Shown in pieces: positions 1 through 9,995 of a stretch of 64,000 nt of DNA; the stretch's first letter is position 1, and each line of letters starts with the position of its first letter. This DNA is from Bacteroidales bacterium (GTDB taxonomy: Bacteria; Bacteroidota; Bacteroidia; Bacteroidales; UBA12077), in NCBI GenBank assembly GCA_028282585.1, contig JANQHR010000046.1, positions 32,001 through 96,000 on the forward strand, in the 5' to 3' direction. The notes beneath the pieces are model-generated. The model saw only the letters and a list, made by a program, of their open reading frames with translations, had not been told where the DNA came from and did not search any database. Both the position numbers and the translations under genes were made by a program.

Positions 1-138
1 AGTCTCATGAATAATACCAAAAATACCAAACACAGCAGGTTCTTCTGGCAATTCATCAATATTATCTTTTTTATCCAGATTATAATCTTTATGATAAACT
101 TCTTGTTTAACAACTCTTTCGTTAAATATTGGATTCAT
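1..138 (-). CDS. 5' part of a hypothetical protein, truncated at the window edge; weak GIY-YIG-like N-terminal motif
   Basis: Hand translation from ATG at 138 is open to base 1: MNPIFNERVVKQEVYHKDYNLDKKDNIDELPEEPAVFGIFGIIHET. It lies 28 bp downstream of the 167..529 gene on the same strand. Confidence 0.6.
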   Translation of the reverse strand, partial: MNPIFNERVVKQEVYHKDYNLDKKDNIDELPEEPAVFGIFGIIHET

Positions 139-166
139 TGATTTAAATTTAATTGTTATTAATAAT

Positions 167-529
167 CTATTTATCGCTCTGAGACATCATCTCTTTATAA
201 TAGTCATCGCTAACCGGTTCCAGATAACCTTTACCCTCGCAAGTTGACAAATCTATTTCTGCCACACATTTTACCTTATCATAGTTTAAAGTTAAACCTC
301 CTACTAAATAGACTTTCCCCTTTGCATTTTCAAAATCTGCCTCTTCAAATTTACAATATCTTCGATCTAATTGAATTCCTAGTTCAGTTCCCGTTTCTTT
401 AAACATAACATGAACATAATCTCTGTCAATACATTCTTTCAATGCAGATGCTTTTTTTTCAGGGCGAACACATTCAATTAAATGTTCTTTTGTTAATCTT
501 TCTACTAATTCGTTTAATTGTTTTTCCAT
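167..529 (-). CDS. NRPS-cluster accessory protein of the family usually annotated 'MbtH domain protein' (lacks the canonical Trp-rich MbtH core)
   Basis: Motifs LKECIDRDYVHVMFKETGTELG and LTLNYDKVKCVAEIDL recognised from memory of this family; NRPS context. Confidence 0.6.
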   Translation of the reverse strand: MEKQLNELVERLTKEHLIECVRPEKKASALKECIDRDYVHVMFKETGTELGIQLDRRYCKFEEADFENAKGKVYLVGGLTLNYDKVKCVAEIDLSTCEGKGYLEPVSDDYYKEMMSQSDK

Positions 530-561
530 TTTTTACAATTTTATTTTACATACTATAATTG

Positions 562-843
562 TTATAATTCAAAACCTTTATTAAACTCTACTCTCCACTC
601 TAACTCAGATAATTTCTTCTCTTCATTTAACCTGTACTGAAGCATTTTATGAGTTTCCAACTCTTTCCATATCTCATCTAATTGAGAATTGTCTGAAGGT
701 GTTAAAAAGAATATAGCAGCTGTAAGACGTGTTAAAATATTTTCATACGGTAATTCCCAATTTGCTATAAGACCTTTTTCTTTTAATTCGTCTAAATGTT
801 TTTTTACTGCTTTAATTTCCGGAACATTTCCTATCTGTACCAT
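562..843 (-). CDS. Small hypothetical protein, NRPS-cluster associated
   Basis: 93 aa ORF with ATG start and operon-like spacing; motif WELPYENILTRLTAAIFF. Confidence 0.7.
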   Translation of the reverse strand: MVQIGNVPEIKAVKKHLDELKEKGLIANWELPYENILTRLTAAIFFLTPSDNSQLDEIWKELETHKMLQYRLNEEKKLSELEWRVEFNKGFEL

Positions 844-1064
844 AGTAATTTAATTTTTAGGATTAGTAAATATTTGATTGTTTTTGGTATTTGCTATTGA
901 TATAAATTTTTACAATTTTCATGCTTCAACAAAATAATCCGACTTTAAAAGTTTCATATAACTCTAACGTTTAGTTAGACTATGATTTTCAACTTCTATG
1001 CCATCAGATTGAACTCTTAAGACCCGCAATGTTTTGTCATTATAACATTATTGAGATAAGACTC

Positions 1065-1874
1065 TTAAACTATTTTTCTAAGATAGTACGACATATTTCT
1101 ATTCAGATCCCAATCGCGCGGGTAACCCAAAGAGACTTCTTCGTGCCGAATGCCATTAATTGTTTTTGTTGATCGAATATGTAAGTGTCCATATACAACT
1201 ATTTCTATATTAAAATCATCTAACCATTTTTCAGTTAATGTTGTACCACACCAAATTGAAAATCGGGGAAAAGTATATATTTTTCCTATCCGTTGTAATA
1301 ATGGGTAATGATTAATAAGAATAATTGATTTATCCTTTGGTATTAATTTAAGTCTTCCATTAGTATATTTATACCTTTTATGACACCAATCGGATATAGA
1401 ATTAAAGGGATCTACTTTTAATAAAGCCTCATCAGCACATATTATACCTGATTCTGCTGCCCATTCTTTTTCCTTTCCTCTTTTTACATGGCTAGGTTTA
1501 AAACTATGATCGTACAATACTAAAGTTGGTACAAGACAATAATCTTTCAAATCATTTTTATATATTATGTATTCATCTTCGGGTGTTGTAATGCCATTTT
1601 CCTGACATATTGACACCAAAGAATTGTATTTTTCAACTCCTTTAAGCCTATCTTCTTTAAGAGGAAACGTCCATAAATCATGATTTCCAGGAGTCCATAT
1701 AATTTTATCAAATTTTTTTTTTAATATTGAAATTGCAAATTTTAAATACTCTTCTGTTTCACCAATATCACCAGCTAAAATTAGCCAATCACCTGGGTAT
1801 TCAGGTAATTTCTCAAGAGCATTTCTGTTTATTGAATTTGCTAAATGCAAGTCACTTATAGCATAAATACTCAT
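1065..1874 (-). CDS. Calcineurin-like metallophosphoesterase, PptH (phosphopantetheinyl-carrier protein hydrolase)-like
   Basis: Metal-binding motifs AISDLH, AGDIGE, PGNHDLW, NHYPL, YGHLH; C-terminal FSIWCGT and EEVSLGYPRDW resemble mycobacterial PptH. Confidence 0.8.
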   Translation of the reverse strand: MSIYAISDLHLANSINRNALEKLPEYPGDWLILAGDIGETEEYLKFAISILKKKFDKIIWTPGNHDLWTFPLKEDRLKGVEKYNSLVSICQENGITTPEDEYIIYKNDLKDYCLVPTLVLYDHSFKPSHVKRGKEKEWAAESGIICADEALLKVDPFNSISDWCHKRYKYTNGRLKLIPKDKSIILINHYPLLQRIGKIYTFPRFSIWCGTTLTEKWLDDFNIEIVVYGHLHIRSTKTINGIRHEEVSLGYPRDWDLNRNMSYYLRKIV

Positions 1875-1885
1875 TAATTTTTAAT

Positions 1886-2578
1886 TTAATAGATATTCTT
1901 AAGAATTTTACAATGTACTTTTTGATTTCGTTTTATTATCTGGAAACAAGGTTTTGCTACTGACTTTACCGATTTATCAGGGAAATAAACTATTCCTCCT
2001 CCAAAGGGGATACCAAATCCTTCAATATCAGAATTTTCTATATAAAACTGATTTTTAAACCTTTCCCAATTATCTTCTTCATGAACAGAAATTATATAAG
2101 GAACTACACCTAACGTATTAGAAAAGCTAACCTTTTCCGTTTCGTTATAATACAACTTTAAACCCAGTTGAATTGCTCCTGCAGAAATTCCTATTATAAC
2201 TGCACCTTCCTTATATCTATTAATAATTATCTTGTCCCAATGATTTTTATGAATTGTATCCCAACCTTTTTTTGTATCGCCTCCTGATAGTAAAATAATA
2301 TCCGCTTTTTCCATGAATTCTTTCTCATCATCAGATGAGCCTGAACAAATCATACAATAATGATTTATATCAATTTGCTTCATAGCAGCTTTAAAAATGT
2401 CATAAAATATAGGATTATTATCATTAGAGGCTCCAATATATGCAGCTTTTATATCATTTACCCTCTTAGGCTCATTTAATATTAATTTCTTAATTTTCTC
2501 CAAAAAGAGATTCTGATCTAATTTATAAAACAGTAATTGACTATCAGCAAATAAAAATATGGGTTTAATGTCACTCAT
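1886..2578 (-). CDS. Peptidase S51 / class I glutamine amidotransferase-like hydrolase (dipeptidase E-like)
   Basis: LSGGD, nucleophile elbow GISAGA, downstream His (SVHEE), YIGASN. Confidence 0.75.
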   Translation of the reverse strand: MSDIKPIFLFADSQLLFYKLDQNLFLEKIKKLILNEPKRVNDIKAAYIGASNDNNPIFYDIFKAAMKQIDINHYCMICSGSSDDEKEFMEKADIILLSGGDTKKGWDTIHKNHWDKIIINRYKEGAVIIGISAGAIQLGLKLYYNETEKVSFSNTLGVVPYIISVHEEDNWERFKNQFYIENSDIEGFGIPFGGGIVYFPDKSVKSVAKPCFQIIKRNQKVHCKILKNIY

Positions 2579-2609
2579 TTTTATCCTTATTTTTGCTTAA
2601 GGCAACGAT

Positions 2610-5600
2610 TTAGTTTAATTCAACTTGTACTTTGTCAGAGATTTCATGGCCGTATTCATCCACAATCTTTCCACCATCCATTTTAATAATTCTATCTGCT
2701 ACATTAAAGTAATTATCGTCATGAGTTATTGCTATCACAATCTTTCCATTAGCCTTCATTTCTGGGAGAATCTCATTATAGAAAATTCTCTTATATTCCG
2801 GATCTTGGTCAGCTGCCCATTCATCAAATAAATAAATTTGAGAATCTTCTAAAAAGGTTTTCATTAATGATAATCGCTTTCGTTGTCCATTAGACAATTC
2901 AATTGTTGTAAATGAATCATTATCAACACTAACCTTTTCATCCAACCTTAAAGTTTTTAGGAGATATTCTATTTCCTTCTTTTTTGAGGATACATCTATA
3001 CCATATAATTTTTTAAAAATATGATTATTGCTAAAGATTGTTGAGTAATAATTACCTAAGTCATTACTCTTGGTCTTGACACCGTTAATTTCGATAGATC
3101 CTTGATCAAAAGTATATAGTCCAGTTAAAAGATTTGCTAATGTTGTTTTACCACTTCCGTTACCACCTATTATAAATAATATTTCTCCCTTTTCAATATT
3201 TAAATTGATCGGTCCAATTTTAAAATTTCTATCTTCGCTATTATTCTGATATTCAAAAACTAAGTCTTTAACTAATAATTTATCAACATTTACTTTTTGC
3301 TTTCTAAGTGTAAATATTTCTTTTATATTCAAATCTGGTTTTATTTCATTAATAAATCCTTTAATCCTATTCCACGAAATTTTAATTTGAACTATGTTTG
3401 GAATTGAATTAAGAACTCCATTAATTGGTCCAATTAAATATAAAACAATCATTATAAAAGTAAGTAGTTTATAATTAGGTATCTTTGGAAAAATAAAAGG
3501 GATAATAAATCCGATTGTCCCTAAAACCATTATAAGCAGAGTTTCGCCTACCAAGAATGCATTAACGAATTTAATTAATGCTAATCCGGTTTTATTCTTT
3601 AATTCCGAACAAGATACCTCAACTTCATCGGTATATTCTTTTTTCTTTAATCCCGATAAACTCAGTTCTTTAAAACCATATAAAAGACCATCAATTAAGC
3701 CTGAGAACTTATTGGCAGTATCGCGAGCCTGCTCAAAAAGAATATTAGTTTTACTACTTACAAAGAAATATATTGCAGCAACAAGCAGTATTATGCCTAA
3801 TATAAAACCTGTTGCTACTAATGATATCGAACCCAAATAAATAAAAACACCAACGATTGTAATCAAATTGGAGATCAAACCAATCAATATATTAACAGAA
3901 TTTGATATTGTTGCAGTGTCTTGATTTAAAGTTGCATACACTCTTCCATTATCAATCTTTTCAAATTTCTGAAATGTCGATAAGAAGACTTTGCGTATCA
4001 GTGTCATTCTTAGATCATAAACAATCAACTGTGAAATCTTAATAAGTTTTGTTTGAACAATTTTTCTACTTGCAATATAAAATATCAGTGCTAATCCAAA
4101 ATAATATAATATATATATTGTTTTAGTCTCATTACCAATTGCGTTAATTAACAATAAAATAATAATCATATTAGCTAATCCTGACATAATACCAAGAATA
4201 CTAATCATAGGTAATGATCTGTAATATTGGTTTTTAGTTGGTATCATAATAGAAATAACATTTAATCCCCAAATACCAAATACAGCCATTAAAAATAGTA
4301 GACATGCCCAGTAATAACTGTTAGGAGCCCATACTAATGTAGTTTCCCATGTTAATCCCATTAGAGCTTCTGGTAATAAGTAAATTCCATATATAAATGG
4401 TAAAGTAAGAATAGCACTTCCAAGAATTCTTAGAATTGAACTAAAACTAAAAGCAGCAAATTTTCTTTGTTTTCGAAACACTCCTTTTAACATCCATATT
4501 AGAAGTGATATAATCCCAATAACAAAAACGGCTACAATAAAGGTAATTAATGAAAAGACCTTATCAATAGAATAATCAGGTTCTGATATTTCTTTTATAT
4601 CTTCATTATTAAGCTGACTTAATAAAATGTCACCTAAATATGCCGTATAAGAACTATTCGAATTAGCCAAAATTGCGATACCAATACTCTTACTGGGGAT
4701 TAAACCAATATATGATGAAAAGTTTGGATTTAAACCACTATGAAATACCTTCTTGTCACCATAAGGTTCCACCTCCCATCCATAACCATAAGAAATTAAT
4801 CCTCTTGGATTTACAGTAAAATCGGGTTGATGAGATTTTTCAATAAGGTTTTCAAAATTACAAGAGTCTAATGCAAGTTGAAGCCTTAACCATTTTGCGA
4901 TATCTTCGGCATTAGAAATAACATAGCCTGCCGGATTATTACCTTTAAATCGTGGAGCATTAAATTTCCTAGGATTAAAGAAACTAATCTTAAACCCATC
5001 GGAAAGACTATCATTAATTGGTTTACCGACAGAGGTATATTTTAAACCTAACTGCATGAATAAACTATCTTTGACATATTTTTCAAATGAAAGTTTCGTA
5101 AGTTTTTCAATAATCAAGCCTAAAATATCATAATTTATATTTGAGTATTCATACTTAATTCCAGGTATATTATTAAGTTCTATGTTATTAATAATACGAA
5201 TAGTACTATCTAATAAATTATCTTTATCGCCTTGTGGTATATGTGTCATCGCTTCCCAAGGAATTCCTGATGTATGGCGTAACAGTTGATTAATTGTAAT
5301 ATCAGTTTTATTTTCTTCATAATATGCATTAAACCAAGGTAAATACTTGGAAATATTATCATTCAAATTTAAAAGATTTTGTTTCTCTAGATTCAGAATT
5401 GCTAGCGCAGTAAATGCTTTAGATGTTGATCCCAGTTCAAACAATGTTTTTGATGTAACTTTAGACTCTGATTTTAAGTCAGTATACCCCCAGTTTTTAA
5501 TTGCAATTTCATTCCCGGTCACAAGTATCAAGCTTAAACCTGGGATATCCGCTTTATTATATATTTTATTGCAGATACTATCTATATTTTCGGGAATTTT

Positions 5601-5684
5601 TTCATTATATCCTTGAACCTTACTTCCGTAAATTTGATTGACAAATAAGATAATCAGCAAGCTCTTTATTATTAAAGTTTTCAT
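2610..5684 (-). CDS. Fusion of a beta-lactamase-family (S12) serine peptidase and a cyclic-peptide ABC exporter (ClbP/ZmaM-like)
   Basis: Signal peptide; SxxK (FELGSTSKAFT), LLRHTSG, YSNINY, FHSG; multiple TM helices; Walker A GGNGSGKTT, LSNGQRKRL and FDEWAADQDP typical of PvdE/SyrD exporters. Confidence 0.9.
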   Translation of the reverse strand: MKTLIIKSLLIILFVNQIYGSKVQGYNEKIPENIDSICNKIYNKADIPGLSLILVTGNEIAIKNWGYTDLKSESKVTSKTLFELGSTSKAFTALAILNLEKQNLLNLNDNISKYLPWFNAYYEENKTDITINQLLRHTSGIPWEAMTHIPQGDKDNLLDSTIRIINNIELNNIPGIKYEYSNINYDILGLIIEKLTKLSFEKYVKDSLFMQLGLKYTSVGKPINDSLSDGFKISFFNPRKFNAPRFKGNNPAGYVISNAEDIAKWLRLQLALDSCNFENLIEKSHQPDFTVNPRGLISYGYGWEVEPYGDKKVFHSGLNPNFSSYIGLIPSKSIGIAILANSNSSYTAYLGDILLSQLNNEDIKEISEPDYSIDKVFSLITFIVAVFVIGIISLLIWMLKGVFRKQRKFAAFSFSSILRILGSAILTLPFIYGIYLLPEALMGLTWETTLVWAPNSYYWACLLFLMAVFGIWGLNVISIMIPTKNQYYRSLPMISILGIMSGLANMIIILLLINAIGNETKTIYILYYFGLALIFYIASRKIVQTKLIKISQLIVYDLRMTLIRKVFLSTFQKFEKIDNGRVYATLNQDTATISNSVNILIGLISNLITIVGVFIYLGSISLVATGFILGIILLVAAIYFFVSSKTNILFEQARDTANKFSGLIDGLLYGFKELSLSGLKKKEYTDEVEVSCSELKNKTGLALIKFVNAFLVGETLLIMVLGTIGFIIPFIFPKIPNYKLLTFIMIVLYLIGPINGVLNSIPNIVQIKISWNRIKGFINEIKPDLNIKEIFTLRKQKVNVDKLLVKDLVFEYQNNSEDRNFKIGPINLNIEKGEILFIIGGNGSGKTTLANLLTGLYTFDQGSIEINGVKTKSNDLGNYYSTIFSNNHIFKKLYGIDVSSKKKEIEYLLKTLRLDEKVSVDNDSFTTIELSNGQRKRLSLMKTFLEDSQIYLFDEWAADQDPEYKRIFYNEILPEMKANGKIVIAITHDDNYFNVADRIIKMDGGKIVDEYGHEISDKVQVELN

Positions 5685-5749
5685 AATAATCCCAATTTTC
5701 GGTTAAATTTATTTTTAATATAATTTTTAGTCTCCTAAGAATATTATGT

Positions 5750-8122
5750 TTATTCATATCTCAATGAATGCACAGGGTTCTTACTAGCTGTAACATAAAC
5801 TTTGCCGCTTACAGTAATTCCAGCCAGAATAAAAATAAAAAATACAGGTAAAATAAAAGTTAATAAATTAATTTGTGTATAATAGGTAAATATACTTTCA
5901 ATTATTGAAATGCCTAGTAAATAACCTAAAATACATCCTGCAATAGCTGAAATAAGAAGGATTCGGATAAAATTCTTATTTATAACTAAAATATTATTTA
6001 TTACTGTTGCTCCAAGTACAGTTCTTATACCTAGTTCTTTTGTTCTGCGCACACAAGCTAAAGACACCTGTGCATATAATCCAATAAGTGAAAGAATTAA
6101 TGCAATAAAAGCAAAAAACATGAACATTTTTACCAAACCATTATTGAGTCTTTTTTGATTTAATGCAATATCTTCCTGATAAGAAGAAGTATAAAATATA
6201 TCTGGTTCAATAGAAGACCATTTTTCTTTTAAATAATGGTTAATAGTAACATCAACAGACCTAACCACTAAGTATCTATATTGATTTTCATCAATAATTC
6301 TAAAAGCAACTGGGCTTAAAAGAGTAGCTGTTCCATTAATATAAACATCTTTAATCACTCCTATAATGTTCATCTGAATGGAGTCATTCATGTAAACTCT
6401 ATTATTAATAACATCAGTTAGTCCAAAGTCTCTAACAAACTTTTCATTTACAATAATTGCATTTTCCTTTATATCAGAATTTCTATTAGATTCAGTAAAT
6501 GTTCTTCCTTTTAACAACTGAATTCCCATAGTTTCGAGATAATTTTCTCCAATTTCGTATACATCAACCTCATTTTTTTGATTTAAGTAAGTAATAACAA
6601 AAGATGGGGCATTGTATCCAAGGTGTTGTTTGCTTCCAGAAAAGCTTATGACATCATTATTATTGACAATTTCATTCTTTAATAAACTAAAGTTATTTGA
6701 GTTATTAAGGTTAACGACTACCAAGTCTTTATCATTATAACCTAAATCAAATTTATCTTGAAAGTATGCGTTTTGAAGAAATATACTACCAATAATGATA
6801 CTAATTATTGATAATATAAACTGGACCGTTAAAAGTATATTCGAAACTGCCTTTTTCGTACTAAGTTTGTATCTACTATCGAATATATTAACAGGGCTGT
6901 ACTTACTAACATGCAGTACAGGGTAAATACCAGCAATTATTGAAGTAAATAATATTAACAAAAACAAGAAAATCCATAAAGGAGCATTATCATTAAATGT
7001 TAATGTAAAATTAATTGCACCTTCAGTGATAATTGATTCGTAAAGTGGTAGTAGATAGTGTGTAAAAATTAAACCTAATAGCAAAGACAAAGCGCAAATT
7101 ATAAAATTCTCTAAAAAGAAATGAAAAATAATCTCTTTTCTCTGGCCTCCGAAAATCTTCCTAATACCGATCTCTCTAATTCTCTTCCCTAGTATTGATA
7201 TAGAGGTATTTACGAAATTAAAACAAGCAATCAAAAGAATAAAAATACTCATTGTTATAGATACTACTATAGCCGCTGGCGAAAAACTAACTTTTAAATA
7301 GTTACTTTGTATATACCTACCAGTTCTTGCAATATTTTTAAAAGGCTCAGTATAAAATCCTGATATTTTCCAGTCCTTATAACCTTCATTTTGCTCATTT
7401 ATGTAGTTATTTAAATGTTTTTCAATATAGGTAAGCCTTTCGGGATTTTTCACTTGTAAAAAAGTAGCAGCAGTAAAATAGTTCCAACTGGTTATATCAA
7501 TATCCCAAATATCAAAATAATCTTCAATACTAATTAATGCTTCAAAATTAAAACTAGAATTTAGAGGAATGTTTTCTAATATACCTCTAACAGTAAGAGG
7601 ATACTTTTTATCATTTTCGATTAATATTATGACTTCACCAATTGGATTTTTATTTCCAAATGTTAGGTTTGCCATTTTTTCTGAGATTAGTATCCCTCCT
7701 TTTTCATATAGCGCATTTTTGTCTCCATCTCTTAAATGAAAATCAAATACATCAAGAAAATTCTCATCAACATAGCCAATAGGTTGTGAAAACAGTTCAT
7801 TTTGCACTTTAAATAAGGATAAATTACTTTGAAATCTGATAACATTATCAACACCGGCAATATTATTTTTTATTTTATGTGCGAGGGTTAATGGTGTAAT
7901 TGAATGTTCTTGCTGGTATCCCTGAGCATTATGAGTTACATTAATTTTATAAATTTCATCCGATTTGCTGTGACTTGTATCCCAATCCCAGTGGAATTTA
8001 CAACTAACATAAGCAGTTATCGCAATTGCCATAGCAATTGCTAAACCAATTATATTAATTAAAATAAAAAAGGAATTTCGGAAAATATTCCTTGTAGCTA
8101 ATTTAAAATAACTTTTAATCAT
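5750..8122 (-). CDS. ABC transporter permease, duplicated MacB/FtsX type
   Basis: Two MacB periplasmic plus FtsX repeats (REIGIRKIFGG, RTKELGIRTVLGA); ends NPVHSLRYE as in Bacteroidota permeases. Confidence 0.88.
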   Translation of the reverse strand: MIKSYFKLATRNIFRNSFFILINIIGLAIAMAIAITAYVSCKFHWDWDTSHSKSDEIYKINVTHNAQGYQQEHSITPLTLAHKIKNNIAGVDNVIRFQSNLSLFKVQNELFSQPIGYVDENFLDVFDFHLRDGDKNALYEKGGILISEKMANLTFGNKNPIGEVIILIENDKKYPLTVRGILENIPLNSSFNFEALISIEDYFDIWDIDITSWNYFTAATFLQVKNPERLTYIEKHLNNYINEQNEGYKDWKISGFYTEPFKNIARTGRYIQSNYLKVSFSPAAIVVSITMSIFILLIACFNFVNTSISILGKRIREIGIRKIFGGQRKEIIFHFFLENFIICALSLLLGLIFTHYLLPLYESIITEGAINFTLTFNDNAPLWIFLFLLILFTSIIAGIYPVLHVSKYSPVNIFDSRYKLSTKKAVSNILLTVQFILSIISIIIGSIFLQNAYFQDKFDLGYNDKDLVVVNLNNSNNFSLLKNEIVNNNDVISFSGSKQHLGYNAPSFVITYLNQKNEVDVYEIGENYLETMGIQLLKGRTFTESNRNSDIKENAIIVNEKFVRDFGLTDVINNRVYMNDSIQMNIIGVIKDVYINGTATLLSPVAFRIIDENQYRYLVVRSVDVTINHYLKEKWSSIEPDIFYTSSYQEDIALNQKRLNNGLVKMFMFFAFIALILSLIGLYAQVSLACVRRTKELGIRTVLGATVINNILVINKNFIRILLISAIAGCILGYLLGISIIESIFTYYTQINLLTFILPVFFIFILAGITVSGKVYVTASKNPVHSLRYE

Positions 8123-8142
8123 ATTACTTAATATTACAGTAT

Positions 8143-9969
8143 TTAAAACAATTCAAATTCATTATCTAAAGTAAAATCCATATTACTATTCCAGTCCTCT
8201 TCTACCAAGTCCAAATAAGTAGATTCAATTTCATTATCAAAATATAATTGAGTTGTTGGTTTAGAGATTACATCTACCCTATTGATATTTTCATATTCTT
8301 TTTGCAATACCTGAAATAATCTTTCTTCTGAAAAATTATGCTTTTTAAATCCGTTCTCCAGACATAACTTAATTGTTTCATTGGAAAAGCTGATTTCTTT
8401 CTCGTTGAATGTTGCATATTCTTCAATTATTGATAAAATAGTATCAAAACTATATTCAAGCTCAAAGAAGTAACAATACATCGAATTTCTATATATTGAA
8501 AATATTGAATTAAAGAGTGTTACAATTTTTGAGATAATTAGATCGTCCTTTTCAGAAATATCTTTAGGTTTAAACAATGTCATGTCCGCAGGTTGGTCAT
8601 TTTTATCTACATAATTATTTTTTAAATTTTGTAGATAATCATTGAAACTACTTACTTTCATATCCATGTTATGCTTTTTTGGATTAAAAAAAATCAGCGA
8701 TCCTGGATCTGTTGAAAAATTTGCATATTCAATTTCAACTAATCCTTTGTAATTAATCAATAAGTGTACAATAAATTTTAATGTATCGTAAATCGTTGAC
8801 TTTTTATCACCTACACAATAATATCCAAAAAAGAGTTGCGCTTTTACATTCTCTTTAGTCTTGATATAATCCAGAAAATCTATTATTTGATCATTTGAGT
8901 AAGAAATTCTTTTATCTTTATTAAGATATCTGACACTTTCCACGCCTGATTCTGGAGATACTTCAATAACTACTTGATTACAACTATCAGATAAAGCATC
9001 TATAAGTTCTTTAGAAGGTAAACGCCAACAACCATAACCATAATTAAACTCTAATTTTTCTAACTTGATTTTTTTTAATAATTCTATATACCACCTATCA
9101 CTGCCTTCTCTTTCCATACATGTATAGAATGTATTAAAACCAAGATTACATGCTTCTTTAATTGTTTTGATAACAGAATCTTGTGAACGAAATACAGTAG
9201 TAGTCCTATTATTCATTTTCTTTTGCGCAACTGAGTTTCCACCGCAAAATTTACATGCATACTGACAACCTCGACCAACTTCTAATAAAAACATAGGTTC
9301 TTGACTAATCGGCTGAAAATGTGAATAAAAAGTTGATGCGCTTCTATAGTATTCCCAGTTCCTTAATAATTCCACTTCAGTGAAATTTAAACAATTAAGA
9401 TTCTCCTCTTTTCCAACATATGTGATTTCACGATGAATTATTCTTCCCTCATTATTTTTCCAAGTAATGTTTTGTACTTTTTTAAGCTTCTTATCCAATA
9501 AAATTTTATCAAAATTACTTTTTAACTTTACTTCAGTAATTGCGTGTATAAGTTCTTTTATAGGTATTTCTCCATCACCTTTAATAACTGCATCAATAAA
9601 ATTAAATTCGTCAACAATTTCTTCAGCAAAAAGACTTGCCGAGAATCCACCTAAAAAACAAAAAAGATCTGGTTTTATTGATTTTAAATATTCTATAGTT
9701 TCAATTACTACAAGGCTTTCATTAATCCAATGACAATCAAACCCAACTGCATCCAGTGATTCAAAATTAAATATCTCTTCAATATTTTTACTAAATTCTA
9801 AATCGGTATGAATAATTTCTACTTCTACGCCATTATCCTTAAGGACAGATGCGAGTGGAAAGAGCCCCATAGGCATAAAGAATATATTTTTTTGATCCTG
9901 GTCATTTGAGTTTATTAAGCTTCTGTTCCCACAATGCACTAAATTAACACATAACTTATTATTGTTCAT
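8143..9969 (-). CDS. B12-binding domain radical SAM protein
   Basis: N-terminal PMGLFPLASVL, LGGFSAS, KGDGE (cobalamin-binding fold); CxxxCxxC in GRGCQYACKFCGG. Confidence 0.85.
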   Translation of the reverse strand: MNNNKLCVNLVHCGNRSLINSNDQDQKNIFFMPMGLFPLASVLKDNGVEVEIIHTDLEFSKNIEEIFNFESLDAVGFDCHWINESLVVIETIEYLKSIKPDLFCFLGGFSASLFAEEIVDEFNFIDAVIKGDGEIPIKELIHAITEVKLKSNFDKILLDKKLKKVQNITWKNNEGRIIHREITYVGKEENLNCLNFTEVELLRNWEYYRSASTFYSHFQPISQEPMFLLEVGRGCQYACKFCGGNSVAQKKMNNRTTTVFRSQDSVIKTIKEACNLGFNTFYTCMEREGSDRWYIELLKKIKLEKLEFNYGYGCWRLPSKELIDALSDSCNQVVIEVSPESGVESVRYLNKDKRISYSNDQIIDFLDYIKTKENVKAQLFFGYYCVGDKKSTIYDTLKFIVHLLINYKGLVEIEYANFSTDPGSLIFFNPKKHNMDMKVSSFNDYLQNLKNNYVDKNDQPADMTLFKPKDISEKDDLIISKIVTLFNSIFSIYRNSMYCYFFELEYSFDTILSIIEEYATFNEKEISFSNETIKLCLENGFKKHNFSEERLFQVLQKEYENINRVDVISKPTTQLYFDNEIESTYLDLVEEDWNSNMDFTLDNEFELF

Positions 9970-9995
9970 GTTATTATATTATTATGATTAACGGA

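Noticed and set aside
167-843. Small ORFs as RiPP precursor peptides for the many rSAM enzymes
   Set aside because: They look like globular proteins with no leader/core pattern; no SPASM or RRE domains are evident, and the rSAMs are embedded in or interleaved with NRPS modules.
1713-1722. Homopolymer run of about 10 T (poly-A on the coding strand) in the phosphoesterase gene
   Set aside because: Encodes a Lys run in frame; expected in such AT-rich DNA.
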